Source of the DNA: a virus
Reading direction: 5' to 3' (one strand)
IMG/VR virus record: IMGVR_UViG_3300008116_000027
Coordinates: 12,886 to 76,885 of that record
DNA: 64,000 nt
In this document: piece after piece, positions 9,013-18,937 of the stretch
How the letters are laid out: the number at the start of each line of letters is the position of its first letter
Numbering within the stretch: position 1 is the first letter of the stretch
Position numbers and translations under genes: made by a program
The notes under the pieces: generated by a model
What the model was told of the DNA's origin: nothing
The model's database searches: none
Seen by the model: only the letters and a program-made list of their open reading frames with translations

Positions 9013-9363
9013 ATGGCAGTACAAAAGAATTTTGAAGTAGATCAAAATGCTACTTTTACCTTTGAGGTTCAATACACCTTAGAGGACGAAGTCACACCAA
9101 TAAGTTTAGTAAATGCAACTGCAAAAATGCAAGTACGTGATACTAAAGGTGGATCTAAATTAGCATTTACACTAACATCACCGTCTGGTGGTATAACAAT
9201 TAATGGCGCAACTGGAACATTAACCATTAAAATGACACCTACTCAGACAAATAAACTCTTTTATCCAAAATCTTCTTATGACATTATGGTTGTCGATTCT
9301 AACGGGAATAAAATAAAACTCCTTGAAGGGTTTTTAACTCTCAGCAGATCGGTAACTATATAA
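9013..9363 (+). CDS. virion structural protein (beta-sandwich, BppU/LtfC-like)
   Basis: DQNATF, AKMQVR, YDIMV, KLLEG pattern seen in phage fibre-attachment proteins; AGGAGA RBS. Confidence 0.6.
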   Translation: MAVQKNFEVDQNATFTFEVQYTLEDEVTPISLVNATAKMQVRDTKGGSKLAFTLTSPSGGITINGATGTLTIKMTPTQTNKLFYPKSSYDIMVVDSNGNKIKLLEGFLTLSRSVTI

Positions 9364-9815
9364 TGTCAGAAAAAGTAATAGTAACAGAAGTAAAAAATAA
9401 AGTAATTATTAAATCCCCTGGGCCACAAGGACCAGCTGGAAGAACAATATTAAATGGCACTGGTGCTCCCGCAAATAACTTAGGAGTTACTGGTGATTTT
9501 TATTATAATACAACTACTACAGATTTTTATGGTCCAAAATTAACAGACTTGTCATGGTCTGGATCATCAGTTATTAAATTTGTACAAGAAGGATCTGATT
9601 ATTCATATTCTACTTCTTGGGAACTTGCTCAAGTAACTGGACCAGTTTCTGGAATATATTCTGTAACTATTAACCATAACCTAGACTTTTTCCCAAATGC
9701 AACAATAAAAGATAGCTCTGGAGAAACAGTAGAAACTGGATTAGAATACATTAATACAAATACAATAAAACTGACAATGGCTCAACCATTTTCAGGGACA
9801 GCATACCTGTCATAA
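9363..9815 (+). CDS. virion fibre-associated protein
   Basis: GPQGPAG, G.GAP...G..GDFY, C-terminal INHNL...FSGTAYLS. Confidence 0.65.
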   Translation: MSEKVIVTEVKNKVIIKSPGPQGPAGRTILNGTGAPANNLGVTGDFYYNTTTTDFYGPKLTDLSWSGSSVIKFVQEGSDYSYSTSWELAQVTGPVSGIYSVTINHNLDFFPNATIKDSSGETVETGLEYINTNTIKLTMAQPFSGTAYLS

Positions 9816-9827
9816 AGGAGAAATAAA

Positions 9828-10760
9828 ATGGCAAGAAAATTTTTAGTTAGTTTAGATCTTAACAAAAATGAGTTACTAAACGCTAGATTACAAAATCTGT
9901 CTTCCGACCCATCTTCACCAGTGGCAGGTCAGATTTACTTTAATACACAAGACAATGTAACAAAATTTTATGATGGCAATCAATGGATTTCAGGGGGGTC
10001 TACTAAATTTGGCCTAGAGGCAAATAGACCAAGTCCTTCTAAATCAGGAACCTTATATGCCGCAACAGACACAAGTACATTATTTTTGGATAATGGAACA
10101 TCTTGGATTCAAATATCTGTAAATCCTGAAGATTTAGCAGATGCTCTTCAAGAAGCAAAAGATTACACAGATACTCGTGAAATTGCAATTACATCTGCTT
10201 ACGAAGCATATGCAGATCAAGCAGAGGTAGATGCAAAAGCTTACACAGATGCTCGTGAAACTGCAATAACAACAGCCTATGAATCTTACACAACAACAGC
10301 AATTGGTAATTTAATTGATGGTGCACCAGGCTTATTAGATACATTAAATGAAATTGCAGCGGCAATTAACGATGACGCTAATTATTTCACAACTATTGCA
10401 AATTCACTTGCAACAAAACAAGATAACTTAACAGCCGCAAACGGTATTGATATTGATAGCTCTCAAAATATTTCTGTAAAGCTAGGAACTGGTTTATCTT
10501 TTGATGGCTCTGGAAATATCGTTCCTTCAAGCGGATATGGAGTAAGAAAATATTCAGAAGATATTGGAGACGGCACAGCAGTTTCTTTTGTAATTCCACA
10601 CGGCTTTAGTACAAAAGACGTAACAGTTCAAGTATATGAAAAAGCTTCACCTTTTTCAAAAGTTGAAACAGATGTAGAGCACACCGATGTAAACACCACT
10701 ACAATTAAATTTGCATTAGCTCCAAGTCTAAATGAGTACAGAGTTGTAGTAATAGGATAA
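9828..10760 (+). CDS. fibre protein
   Basis: Helical AKxYTD repeats and [19 protein letters not shown] fibre motif. Confidence 0.7.
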   Translation: MARKFLVSLDLNKNELLNARLQNLSSDPSSPVAGQIYFNTQDNVTKFYDGNQWISGGSTKFGLEANRPSPSKSGTLYAATDTSTLFLDNGTSWIQISVNPEDLADALQEAKDYTDTREIAITSAYEAYADQAEVDAKAYTDARETAITTAYESYTTTAIGNLIDGAPGLLDTLNEIAAAINDDANYFTTIANSLATKQDNLTAANGIDIDSSQNISVKLGTGLSFDGSGNIVPSSGYGVRKYSEDIGDGTAVSFVIPHGFSTKDVTVQVYEKASPFSKVETDVEHTDVNTTTIKFALAPSLNEYRVVVIG

Positions 10761-10764
10761 AAAC

Positions 10765-11121
10765 GTGAAGTTAAGGTCTTTACTTAATTTAGCAACACTA
10801 GCCTCCGACCCAGCAGGGTCGGTAGGCGATGTGTTTTTTAATACAACAGAAAAAGCCTTAAAAATTCATAACGGAACAACATGGATTATTCTTTCACAGA
10901 ACACAGACCCAGCACCATTCTATATGCACACACATACATTTGATGGTGACATACATACAATTGATATTGAAAATCCAATAACATTTAAAGATATAAATAC
11001 TGTAGCAAGTGTCTCAGAAAATATTCCTAAGATAGTAGGGTTTGACGGAGGGTCACCATCAAACAATGTTACAGATCCTAATTTCTTAGAGTTATCATTA
11101 CTAGATGGCGGCAATATTTAA
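10765..11121 (+). CDS. virion structural protein
   Basis: DP..G.VFFNT...LKI.NG..W motif shared with 9828-10760; GTG start. Confidence 0.6.
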   Translation: MKLRSLLNLATLASDPAGSVGDVFFNTTEKALKIHNGTTWIILSQNTDPAPFYMHTHTFDGDIHTIDIENPITFKDINTVASVSENIPKIVGFDGGSPSNNVTDPNFLELSLLDGGNI

Positions 11122-11183
11122 TTTTTAGGCAATTATAAATATTATAATGTATAATATAACTAAGTCATAATTTAGAGGTAAAA

Positions 11184-11741
11184 ATGGCAACAAACTTTCC
11201 AAGCTCTTTAGATACATTAACGAATCCAAACTCAACAGATGCGTTATCAAATCCGTCACACTCTCAGCAGCACACCAATCTTAATGACGCTGTCGAAGCA
11301 ATTCAGACAAAAATTGGTGTAAATGGATCTAATGACTCAACTTCAATTCAGTATAAAATATCAGAAATAGAAACAACCTTATCAGATATTGAAAATTCAA
11401 CTGGGGCAACAGAGACTCTTTTAGGACTAGAGGGAAACAATGACCTTACAATATCAGGTATTGAAAACAAAACTACTATAGACTCATTTAATAAAAATCT
11501 GTATAGAACATTAGAATACACTGTTCAATTATCTAGAGGATCAGAGTATCACAGTTCTAATATTTTAATTTTAAATGATGGCACTAATGTAAACATTGCA
11601 GAATCAAACATTATTTCAAACACAAATAATGTTCTGGCTAATCTTACTTTTGAAGAAAATTCGGGTATAATTAGTTTATGCGTTACTCCAACGAGTACAG
11701 CAGTTACTGCTAGATATTACAGAACAGCACTTAAAGTATAA
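11184..11741 (+). CDS. virion structural protein
   Basis: TNFPSSLD...HTNLNDAVEAIQTKIG N-terminus; C-terminal domain similar to that of 11765-13186. Confidence 0.6.
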   Translation: MATNFPSSLDTLTNPNSTDALSNPSHSQQHTNLNDAVEAIQTKIGVNGSNDSTSIQYKISEIETTLSDIENSTGATETLLGLEGNNDLTISGIENKTTIDSFNKNLYRTLEYTVQLSRGSEYHSSNILILNDGTNVNIAESNIISNTNNVLANLTFEENSGIISLCVTPTSTAVTARYYRTALKV

Positions 11742-11764
11742 AAAAAGCAGTAAAAGGGGAATAA

Positions 11765-13186
11765 ATGGCAACAGTAAATAAGAACTTTAGAATCAAACAT
11801 GGTCTGGTGGTTGAGGGATCAACCGCTACCGTAAATGGCCAAAATGTATTAACCGAAACAGGTGGAGATGCCTATATTCTCAACCTCGTTGGCGGGGCAA
11901 CACTTGTAAAATCTGTATCCTCTGACTTTGCAGTAGACGGAGCAGGAAATCTTACAATCAACGGATCTTCAGATCTTGCAAGAACTGGAGATATTACCAC
12001 AGCAGTTAATGCACTAGACACTGATGATATTGAAGAAGGTGCAAGTAATCTTTATCATACCGCACAACGTGCAAAAGATGCAGCAGCAGAACTTTTAACA
12101 AATGCATCAACAACAAATATTACAATTACAGGAACAGGTGCTGGATTAACAATTACTGCCGAAAACGGCGTAGCTGATTCAGACACTGATGATCTTACTG
12201 AAGGCACAACAAATCTATACTTCACCAATCAACGTGCATTAGATGCAACAGCATCAGCATACGATATATCAGGTTCTGCTTCAGCAGCACAAACTGCAGC
12301 AGAAAATTATGCAGACAGTTTAGCAGGAAACTATGATCCAGCAGGCGCTGCTTTAACAGCAGAAACTAATGCTAATATATATACAGATAGTGAAATCAAT
12401 GGCTTAGTTACAGATGACATTGAAGAGGGTGTAAGTAATCTTTACTTTACAAATACTCGTGCTCGTGGAGCAATTTCTGCAGGAACTGGAATCAGTTACG
12501 ATAGCGGAACTGGTGTAGTATCTGTAGACAATACAATTGCAACAGAGTCTTACGTCAATACAGCAATTAGTAACCTTGTTGACGGAGCTCCTGATCTTTT
12601 AAATACTCTTAATGAAATTGCAGCAGCAATCAATGATGACGCAAACTACTTTACAACAATTGCTAATCAGATTGCAGGAAAGCAAGATACATTAACAGCA
12701 TCTACAGGAATTACAATTGATGGTTCAAATAACATTTCGGTAACAGCCAATACATATGATGCATATGGAGCAGCTTCAGCGGCCCAAACAGCAGCAGAGG
12801 CTACAGCTCAGGCAGCACTGGATGATGTTCTTGATGCCACAACACCATTCTCAGACATCAATATAAATGATTTTGCAAAGCAGGTAGCTGCTAGATCTAC
12901 ATCACTTGGTTCAGTTGTAGTAACTGCTTATCAGTTCAATAAATCAACATTTAAATCAGGTAAGTTCTTGGTTAAGATTGACAACGGAACACATAATGAA
13001 ATCTCAGAAATTCTAGTAACACTAGATTCATCTGACAACGTAGCAATTACAGAATATGCAATCGTCGGAACAAATGGTTCAAGAGGAACAATTACAGCAG
13101 ATGTAGATGGAACTCATTGCCGAATCAGAGTAAATCCAGTAAATGATTCAACTATTACTGTAGCTGGTACAATCTTTAACGCATAA
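11765..13186 (+). CDS. fibre protein
   Basis: Three TDD(I/L)xEGxxNLY(H/F)T repeats; [19 protein letters not shown] motif. Confidence 0.7.
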   Translation: MATVNKNFRIKHGLVVEGSTATVNGQNVLTETGGDAYILNLVGGATLVKSVSSDFAVDGAGNLTINGSSDLARTGDITTAVNALDTDDIEEGASNLYHTAQRAKDAAAELLTNASTTNITITGTGAGLTITAENGVADSDTDDLTEGTTNLYFTNQRALDATASAYDISGSASAAQTAAENYADSLAGNYDPAGAALTAETNANIYTDSEINGLVTDDIEEGVSNLYFTNTRARGAISAGTGISYDSGTGVVSVDNTIATESYVNTAISNLVDGAPDLLNTLNEIAAAINDDANYFTTIANQIAGKQDTLTASTGITIDGSNNISVTANTYDAYGAASAAQTAAEATAQAALDDVLDATTPFSDININDFAKQVAARSTSLGSVVVTAYQFNKSTFKSGKFLVKIDNGTHNEISEILVTLDSSDNVAITEYAIVGTNGSRGTITADVDGTHCRIRVNPVNDSTITVAGTIFNA

Positions 13187-13252
13187 TTAAATAAAAGGCT
13201 AGGGGAGAGCCTTAATCTCCCCACAAAAAACAATTAGGGGATAGTGAACTTA

Positions 13253-13600
13253 ATGGCAACAACAGATAAAAACTTTAAAGTTAAAAATGGACTCAATGTC
13301 GCAGGAAACGCTACATTTGATTCTAGCGTTATATTGGGATCAACCCCCCTAAGATTTGATACGGCAACAAATAAACTACAGATCCAATTAAATGGAACAT
13401 GGAAGCCTATTGCATTTACCGAAGACCTGGAAAGCCAAATTGGCTTTACAGATATCGGACTAGCAATAGATTACAATGGTCTTCCAATATACACAGTTCA
13501 GGCAAATGGAGTAAGCACCACAGCAACTAAGTTCGCTGACGGTGGAACCCCAGAAACCTCAACATATGGTATGACATTTGATTCTGGGGCTTTAGTTTAA
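13253..13600 (+). CDS. virion structural protein
   Basis: N-terminus MATTDKNFKVKNGL matches MATVNKNFRIKHGL of the preceding gene, which supports this start. Confidence 0.6.
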   Translation: MATTDKNFKVKNGLNVAGNATFDSSVILGSTPLRFDTATNKLQIQLNGTWKPIAFTEDLESQIGFTDIGLAIDYNGLPIYTVQANGVSTTATKFADGGTPETSTYGMTFDSGALV

Positions 13601-13640
13601 ATAAAATAATGCTATACTTAGCAAATAAGGGGAAATAAAT

Positions 13641-16115
13641 ATGTCAACAGTAAGAATTCAAGTAAGACGAGGTACTGCATCAGAATGGACCTCAGTAAAT
13701 CCTACACTAGCTGCAGGAGAACTAGGTGTTGAAACAGACACTAGAAAAATTAAAATTGGAACTGGAAGCACTGCTTGGACTAGCCTTTCTTACATAGCAG
13801 CAGACTCACCAGCAATTACAGAAATTGCACAAGACGCAATTGATCAAGCTCTTTCTATGGGCTCAGGTCTTACAAAGTCTTATAACGATAACACAAATAC
13901 AATTTCCCTTGGCATCGACGACTCAATTGTCGCACTTAAATCTTATGTTGACAGCCAGGTAGGTGGGTTACAAAATACAGTAACTTCAGACTATGTATTA
14001 TTAGCAGATGTTGGAAATGCAGGTGGACCTGCAAAATTAGATGCTGACGGAAACTTGCTTGTTCCAAAATCAAGCATTATTATAGAAGGATCATCAGCAG
14101 ATGCTCATGAAACCACACTAACAGTATCAAATCCAACATCAGATAGAACAATCACACTTCCAGACTCATCTGGTACAGTAGCACTAACATCAGACCTTGC
14201 ACCATATGCAACAACACAAGCATTAAATTCCGTAGTATCTTCATTGAATATTCATCAAGCAGTAAATGTTGCAACAACAGAACCGTTAGTAGCAACTTAT
14301 GCTGCTGGTTCCGCTGATAACGGCAATGGAACTGGAATTGGTGCAACATTAACAATGAACTCAAATGGCACTCTAACAATAGATGGCTTACAAGCAGAAA
14401 ATGGATTTAGAATATTAGTAAAAGATCAAGCAAACTTAGTTCATAATGGTATTTATGAAGTAACAATTGCAGGATCAGCTGGAGCACCAGCCGTTTTAAC
14501 TAGATCTGCAGACTACAATAACTCAGATGTAAACACACCTCTTGATGTTGCTAAAGGCGATGTCGTTTTTGTAACAGATGGAACAGAAAATGGATATAAA
14601 CAATTTTCTCAAATATACGCAGGAACTAACGCAGACGGCTCAGTAAAAATTGGATCTGAAAATATTGACTTTACTCAAATTTCAGGAGCAGCAACAATTA
14701 TAGCTGGAAATGGTATAACTAAATCAGGAAACACAATTAGTGTTGATGCTCAAGAATTTTTAGCAACATCTACCGCATCAAGTACATATTTAACTCAAGC
14801 AGATGCAGCAAATGACTATTTGTCACAAACAGATGCTGGGGCTACTTATTTAACTCAAGCAGATGCAGCTTTAACATATTTAAATCAAACAGACGCAAGT
14901 ACGACATACCTGTCACAAGCAGATGCAGGTACAACATACTTGTCTCAAGCAGATGCTGCAACAGATTATTTTGCTGTTACAACAGATCAAATTGAAAATG
15001 CCAATATTAAAATTGGCGCAGGAATTGCAGCAGATAAAATATCAGGAAACGCTGTAACACAAGCAGATACAGGAACTGTAACCAATACAATGCTTGCAGG
15101 ATCCATTGATAATAACAAATTATCAAACTCTACAATTTCAGGCATATCGCTTGGATCTAATTTAGAAACATTAACAATTGGAACTGGTTTAAGTGGTACA
15201 TCTTACAACGGTGGATCAGCAGTAACAATTGCAATTGATTCAACAGTTGCTACAGAGTCTTACGCAGACACCGCAGCATCAAATGCTCAAGGAGCAGCAG
15301 AAGATTACGCTGACGGACTTGCAGCAAATTACGAAGTTGCAGGAGCTGTTTCAACACACTCATCTGATACAACAAACGTACACGGAATTACAGATACAGC
15401 CCAAATTGCTCTTCTAGATGCTGCTACACAGCAATTTACAGGAGACATGGGAATTACTGGAGACTTAATTGTTGACGGTGACGTAACTGTTAATGGCGGA
15501 AGCTTTACAGCAAGCGCTACATCTATAACAATTGAAGATAATCTAGTTCAGCTTGCTCATCAAAACGCAGCAAATACCGTAGACTTAGGTCTTGTTGTAG
15601 CGTACAATGACGGCGCAGCAAAACACTCTGGTATAGTAAGAGATGTTTCTGCTAATAAATGGAAACTATTTAAAGGCGTAACAACAGAGCCTGCTACAAC
15701 AGTAGACTTTACAGAAGGATCACTTGATGACCTTGAGTTAAATGAAATTAAAACAGCTGGAGTAGTATTCTCAGACGGCACACAGACCAAAGAGGGTGTT
15801 CCTTCAAGAACTCCAATTATTTCAAAGACTGCAGACTATACATTGTCTGCGCTAACCGAGAGAGATTCATTAATTGAAGTTGACTCTTCTTCAGCAGTAA
15901 CAATTACAATTCCAACCAACTCAGCAGTTGCTTATCCAATTGGAACAACTCTAGATATTCTTGGAGTTAACACAGGACTAATCACAATCGCAGGAGATAC
16001 TGGTGTAACAGTAAATGCTACCCCAGGATTAAAGTTACGTACACAATGGTCATCCGCAACATTACTCAAGAGAGCAGAAAATTCTTGGGTAGTTTACGGC
16101 GACTTGAAATCATAA
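13641..16115 (+). CDS. long fibre protein with Mtd-N-like N-terminal domain
   Basis: RIQVRRGTASEWTSVNPTLAAGELGVETDT; 10-aa repeats; C-terminal domain shared with 24099-25202. Confidence 0.8.
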   Translation: MSTVRIQVRRGTASEWTSVNPTLAAGELGVETDTRKIKIGTGSTAWTSLSYIAADSPAITEIAQDAIDQALSMGSGLTKSYNDNTNTISLGIDDSIVALKSYVDSQVGGLQNTVTSDYVLLADVGNAGGPAKLDADGNLLVPKSSIIIEGSSADAHETTLTVSNPTSDRTITLPDSSGTVALTSDLAPYATTQALNSVVSSLNIHQAVNVATTEPLVATYAAGSADNGNGTGIGATLTMNSNGTLTIDGLQAENGFRILVKDQANLVHNGIYEVTIAGSAGAPAVLTRSADYNNSDVNTPLDVAKGDVVFVTDGTENGYKQFSQIYAGTNADGSVKIGSENIDFTQISGAATIIAGNGITKSGNTISVDAQEFLATSTASSTYLTQADAANDYLSQTDAGATYLTQADAALTYLNQTDASTTYLSQADAGTTYLSQADAATDYFAVTTDQIENANIKIGAGIAADKISGNAVTQADTGTVTNTMLAGSIDNNKLSNSTISGISLGSNLETLTIGTGLSGTSYNGGSAVTIAIDSTVATESYADTAASNAQGAAEDYADGLAANYEVAGAVSTHSSDTTNVHGITDTAQIALLDAATQQFTGDMGITGDLIVDGDVTVNGGSFTASATSITIEDNLVQLAHQNAANTVDLGLVVAYNDGAAKHSGIVRDVSANKWKLFKGVTTEPATTVDFTEGSLDDLELNEIKTAGVVFSDGTQTKEGVPSRTPIISKTADYTLSALTERDSLIEVDSSSAVTITIPTNSAVAYPIGTTLDILGVNTGLITIAGDTGVTVNATPGLKLRTQWSSATLLKRAENSWVVYGDLKS
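14787..14966 (+). repeat. six 30-nt coding repeats, YL(T/S/N)Q(A/T)DAxx(T/D)
   Basis: Visible in both translation and DNA. Confidence 0.85.
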
Positions 16116-16127
16116 GGAGAATTATAA

Positions 16128-17465
16128 ATGAGTAAGAGATCTGGTAGAAAATCCCAAGCAGCAAATGACTTTTTAGAGCCAAAACCTGTAGAAAATTTAG
16201 TAGCTACAGATGTAGGAACTTCTAGAGCATACAATGACGGAGCAGTAAATCTATCATGGGAGTTACCTGCAGGATCACCTCCAGCAACCTCTTACTCAAT
16301 TACAACAACCCCAGCATCAACAACACAAACTACATCTAATACCTCTTTTACATTTACTGGGCTATCATCAGATACAGCCTATACATTTTCAATAACTGGA
16401 AGCAATGCTGCAGGAACTTCTGCTGCTACAACTTCTAGTTCTGTAACAGCAACTACGGTTCCTCAATCTCCACAATCAGTTTCAGCAGCTTCTCCAAACG
16501 CAAACGAAGATGTTGTTTCATGGTCAGCAGGTGCTTCTGGTGGTAAAACAATTACTAGTTATACCGTAATATCTTCAGATGGACCATCATACACAAATTC
16601 AACTTCACCAAAAACTATTTCAGAAACAGCTGGAACTTCACAATCTTATACAGTTTATGCAATTAACGATAATGGAACATCAGTAGGAGCAACTACTGGT
16701 TCTGTTACTACAACAGCACCGTTCTTCCCACCGTTCTTCCCATATTTCCCACCGTTCTTCCCATATTTCCCACCGTTCTTCCCATTCTTCCCGTTCTTCC
16801 CACCATATTTCCCACCATTCTTCCCATTCTTCCCGTTCTTCCCACCATATTTCCCACCGTTCTTCCCATATTTCCCACCGTTCTTCCCATTCTTCCCGTT
16901 CTTCCCACCGTTCTTCCCACCGTTCTTTCCACCAAGATTCGGTCCATATTTCCCAGCGTGTGTTGACGGAGATACTTTAATCTTAACTAGCGAAGGTCCA
17001 AAACCTGCTAGAGAGATAAAAGTAGGAGATAAACTACTAACAGTTGATGCTTTAGGGTTAGCCGATCAACCTAACAAAACACCTCTTGAAATTAATGTTC
17101 AAGATTTGATGATAAGTAACATGGTACACACAGAAGTTACAAATGTTATAGTCTCAGACAAACAGGACAGAGTTTACTTCAATGGAAACAAAGAAGTTCA
17201 GTTTACAGAAACTCATCCAATATTCGTAAAACGAAATAACGAATATCGTGTAGTCGAAGCAGGACTAGTACAACAAGGAGATGTTTTAATAAATATCTCA
17301 GTAGATAACTTATCTGAAACTTTAGATATGACCAAGGTAATATCAGAAGTTGAAGTGTCTAAGGTAGATAAAATAACTTTAGATTTAGCAAAAGATGTGT
17401 ACACATTTAGCTGCGATCCACATAATTGGTACTTCGCAGGAGATATATTAACACACAATAAGTAA
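16128..17465 (+). CDS. FN3 x2 / Pro-Phe-Tyr repeat / C-terminal Hint-domain protein
   Basis: FN3 motifs (NLSW, TGLSSDTAYTFSI; VSW...YTVYAIN); ~79-aa P/F/Y tract; Hint domain starts at Cys (nt 16959), has TETH block B and ends THNK-stop. Confidence 0.85.
   Translation: MSKRSGRKSQAANDFLEPKPVENLVATDVGTSRAYNDGAVNLSWELPAGSPPATSYSITTTPASTTQTTSNTSFTFTGLSSDTAYTFSITGSNAAGTSAATTSSSVTATTVPQSPQSVSAASPNANEDVVSWSAGASGGKTITSYTVISSDGPSYTNSTSPKTISETAGTSQSYTVYAINDNGTSVGATTGSVTTTAPFFPPFFPYFPPFFPYFPPFFPFFPFFPPYFPPFFPFFPFFPPYFPPFFPYFPPFFPFFPFFPPFFPPFFPPRFGPYFPACVDGDTLILTSEGPKPAREIKVGDKLLTVDALGLADQPNKTPLEINVQDLMISNMVHTEVTNVIVSDKQDRVYFNGNKEVQFTETHPIFVKRNNEYRVVEAGLVQQGDVLINISVDNLSETLDMTKVISEVEVSKVDKITLDLAKDVYTFSCDPHNWYFAGDILTHNK
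16719..16955 (+). repeat. low-complexity coding repeat of PPFF/PFF/PYF units
   Basis: Imperfect tandem 9-12-nt units such as ccaccgttcttc and ccatatttc. Confidence 0.9.
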
Positions 17466-17478
17466 AATAATAATCACC

Positions 17479-17502
17479 TAAAGCCCCCAAACGGGGGCTT
17501 TA
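17479..17502 (+). terminator. intrinsic terminator-like hairpin
   Basis: TAAAGCCCCC-AAAC-GGGGGCTTTA. Confidence 0.7.
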
Positions 17503-17508
17503 GTATTC

Positions 17509-17537
17509 TTGACAGTTAATTATATATTATATATAAT
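17509..17537 (+). promoter_or_regulatory. consensus sigma70 promoter of the oxygenase cluster
   Basis: TTGACA 17509-17514, 17 nt, TATAAT 17532-17537. Confidence 0.8.
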
Positions 17538-17561
17538 GTATACATAGTAGAAAGATAAAAT

Positions 17562-18281
17562 ATGCAAGATATTTATGATATAAACGATAATCCATGGTTT
17601 ACAAAAGATAGATCAGAATCAACTTCTTTTAGGGTAAATAGATCTTTTGGTAATATTAAAGTTTTAAATCCAGGTATTGGATTAAATATTTATGAATCAG
17701 CTATTCCAAGCAGTGTTTGCGAAACATCAATTAAAACATTAGAAGATAAGCTAACAAATGGCAACATGTATAAATGGTCAGAAGCACAAGTTACGACCTC
17801 AGACAAACCAGTAAAATCTGCAAGAGATTGCGTAGATTTTAAATTTAAACCAGAAAATCTTGGAAAAAGAAATGAAAATAATGCAGAACTTCTAGATATG
17901 CATGAATCCATTTATAATGTATTAAAAAAATGCGTAGATGATTATTGTCAATATTGGGGAATTAATGTTGTATATTATGAAGCTTTTAATTTTGTGAAAT
18001 ACACCAGCCCAGGACAACATTTTAGAGTTCATGCTGATCATGGTCCACACTATAATTGTACAGTTTCAGCTGTAATATATTTAAATGATGATTACGAGGG
18101 CGGGGAGATAGCATTTCCAAGATTAGATAAATTAGTATATAAACCAAAACGTGGTGACGTAGTAATTTTTCCATCAAACTATATATACGAACATTCTTCA
18201 GAACCAATGATTTCTGGAGATAAATACTCTGTTGTAATTATGATGGATATTAACCTATTAGGACATAAGGAGAACAATTAA
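17562..18281 (+). CDS. 2OG-Fe(II) oxygenase, prolyl-4-hydroxylase-like
   Basis: VHAD, YLNDDYEGGE, FPSNYIYEH, GDKYS. Confidence 0.9.
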   Translation: MQDIYDINDNPWFTKDRSESTSFRVNRSFGNIKVLNPGIGLNIYESAIPSSVCETSIKTLEDKLTNGNMYKWSEAQVTTSDKPVKSARDCVDFKFKPENLGKRNENNAELLDMHESIYNVLKKCVDDYCQYWGINVVYYEAFNFVKYTSPGQHFRVHADHGPHYNCTVSAVIYLNDDYEGGEIAFPRLDKLVYKPKRGDVVIFPSNYIYEHSSEPMISGDKYSVVIMMDINLLGHKENN

Positions 18282-18937
18282 TGAATAAACAAACTTGGTC
18301 AAGCGCAGAAGACTTAGGATCAGGAATTTGGGTATATAGAGATGTTTTAACAAAAGATTTAGATATTATTAATAGGCTAGAAACAAATTTAGATGGAAGC
18401 ACTCCAGGTTGGACTTGGCAGCCAGCTTATGTTGGATATCAAGAAAGAATGCCAGAATATAGAGACTGCGTAGACTTTAAATTTAAAAAATCAGATATAG
18501 CAAATGATAAGTCTCCTATATCATTAAAAATGCAAGAATTGTGGCAAGACTGCTATGATAGGCAAGCACCAGCAGTAGAAGATTATTGTCAAAAACATAA
18601 TATACATAAACTTCAATATTGGGAAGCTTTTAATTTTATTAAATATGTTCCTGGACATCACTTCATGGAGCACCATGATCATGGATTTTCATATAATTGC
18701 ACTGTATCTTTAGTTGGCTATATTAACGATGATTACGAGGGCGGAGAATTATATTTCAGATTACAAAATTTAAATATTAAACCAAAAGCTGGAGATTTAT
18801 ATATTTTCCCTTCAACATATATGTATCCTCATCAAGCAAAAGTAGTTAAGTCTGGAACAAAATATTCATTAGTTACAATGTTAGATTATAGCGCAAAATT
18901 TCATACTCCAGCAATGTACGAAGATACTGGTAATTAG
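18281..18937 (+). CDS. 2OG-Fe(II) oxygenase, prolyl-4-hydroxylase-like
   Basis: EHHD, YINDDYEGGE, FPSTYMYPH, GTKYS. Confidence 0.9.
   Translation: MNKQTWSSAEDLGSGIWVYRDVLTKDLDIINRLETNLDGSTPGWTWQPAYVGYQERMPEYRDCVDFKFKKSDIANDKSPISLKMQELWQDCYDRQAPAVEDYCQKHNIHKLQYWEAFNFIKYVPGHHFMEHHDHGFSYNCTVSLVGYINDDYEGGELYFRLQNLNIKPKAGDLYIFPSTYMYPHQAKVVKSGTKYSLVTMLDYSAKFHTPAMYEDTGN

Noticed and set aside
16708-16947. Minus-strand ORFs with MGRTVGN/MERTVGNR repeats (also 25337-25612) and the off-frame SHRSFHF ORF (25421-25618)
   Set aside because: These are shadows of the Pro/Phe repeat. The plus-strand frame links recognisable domains on both sides; the shadows have no RBS or domain.
16959-17462. Mobile self-splicing intein
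   Set aside because: No C-extein or +1 nucleophile, no homing endonuclease, and not inserted in a conserved enzyme.
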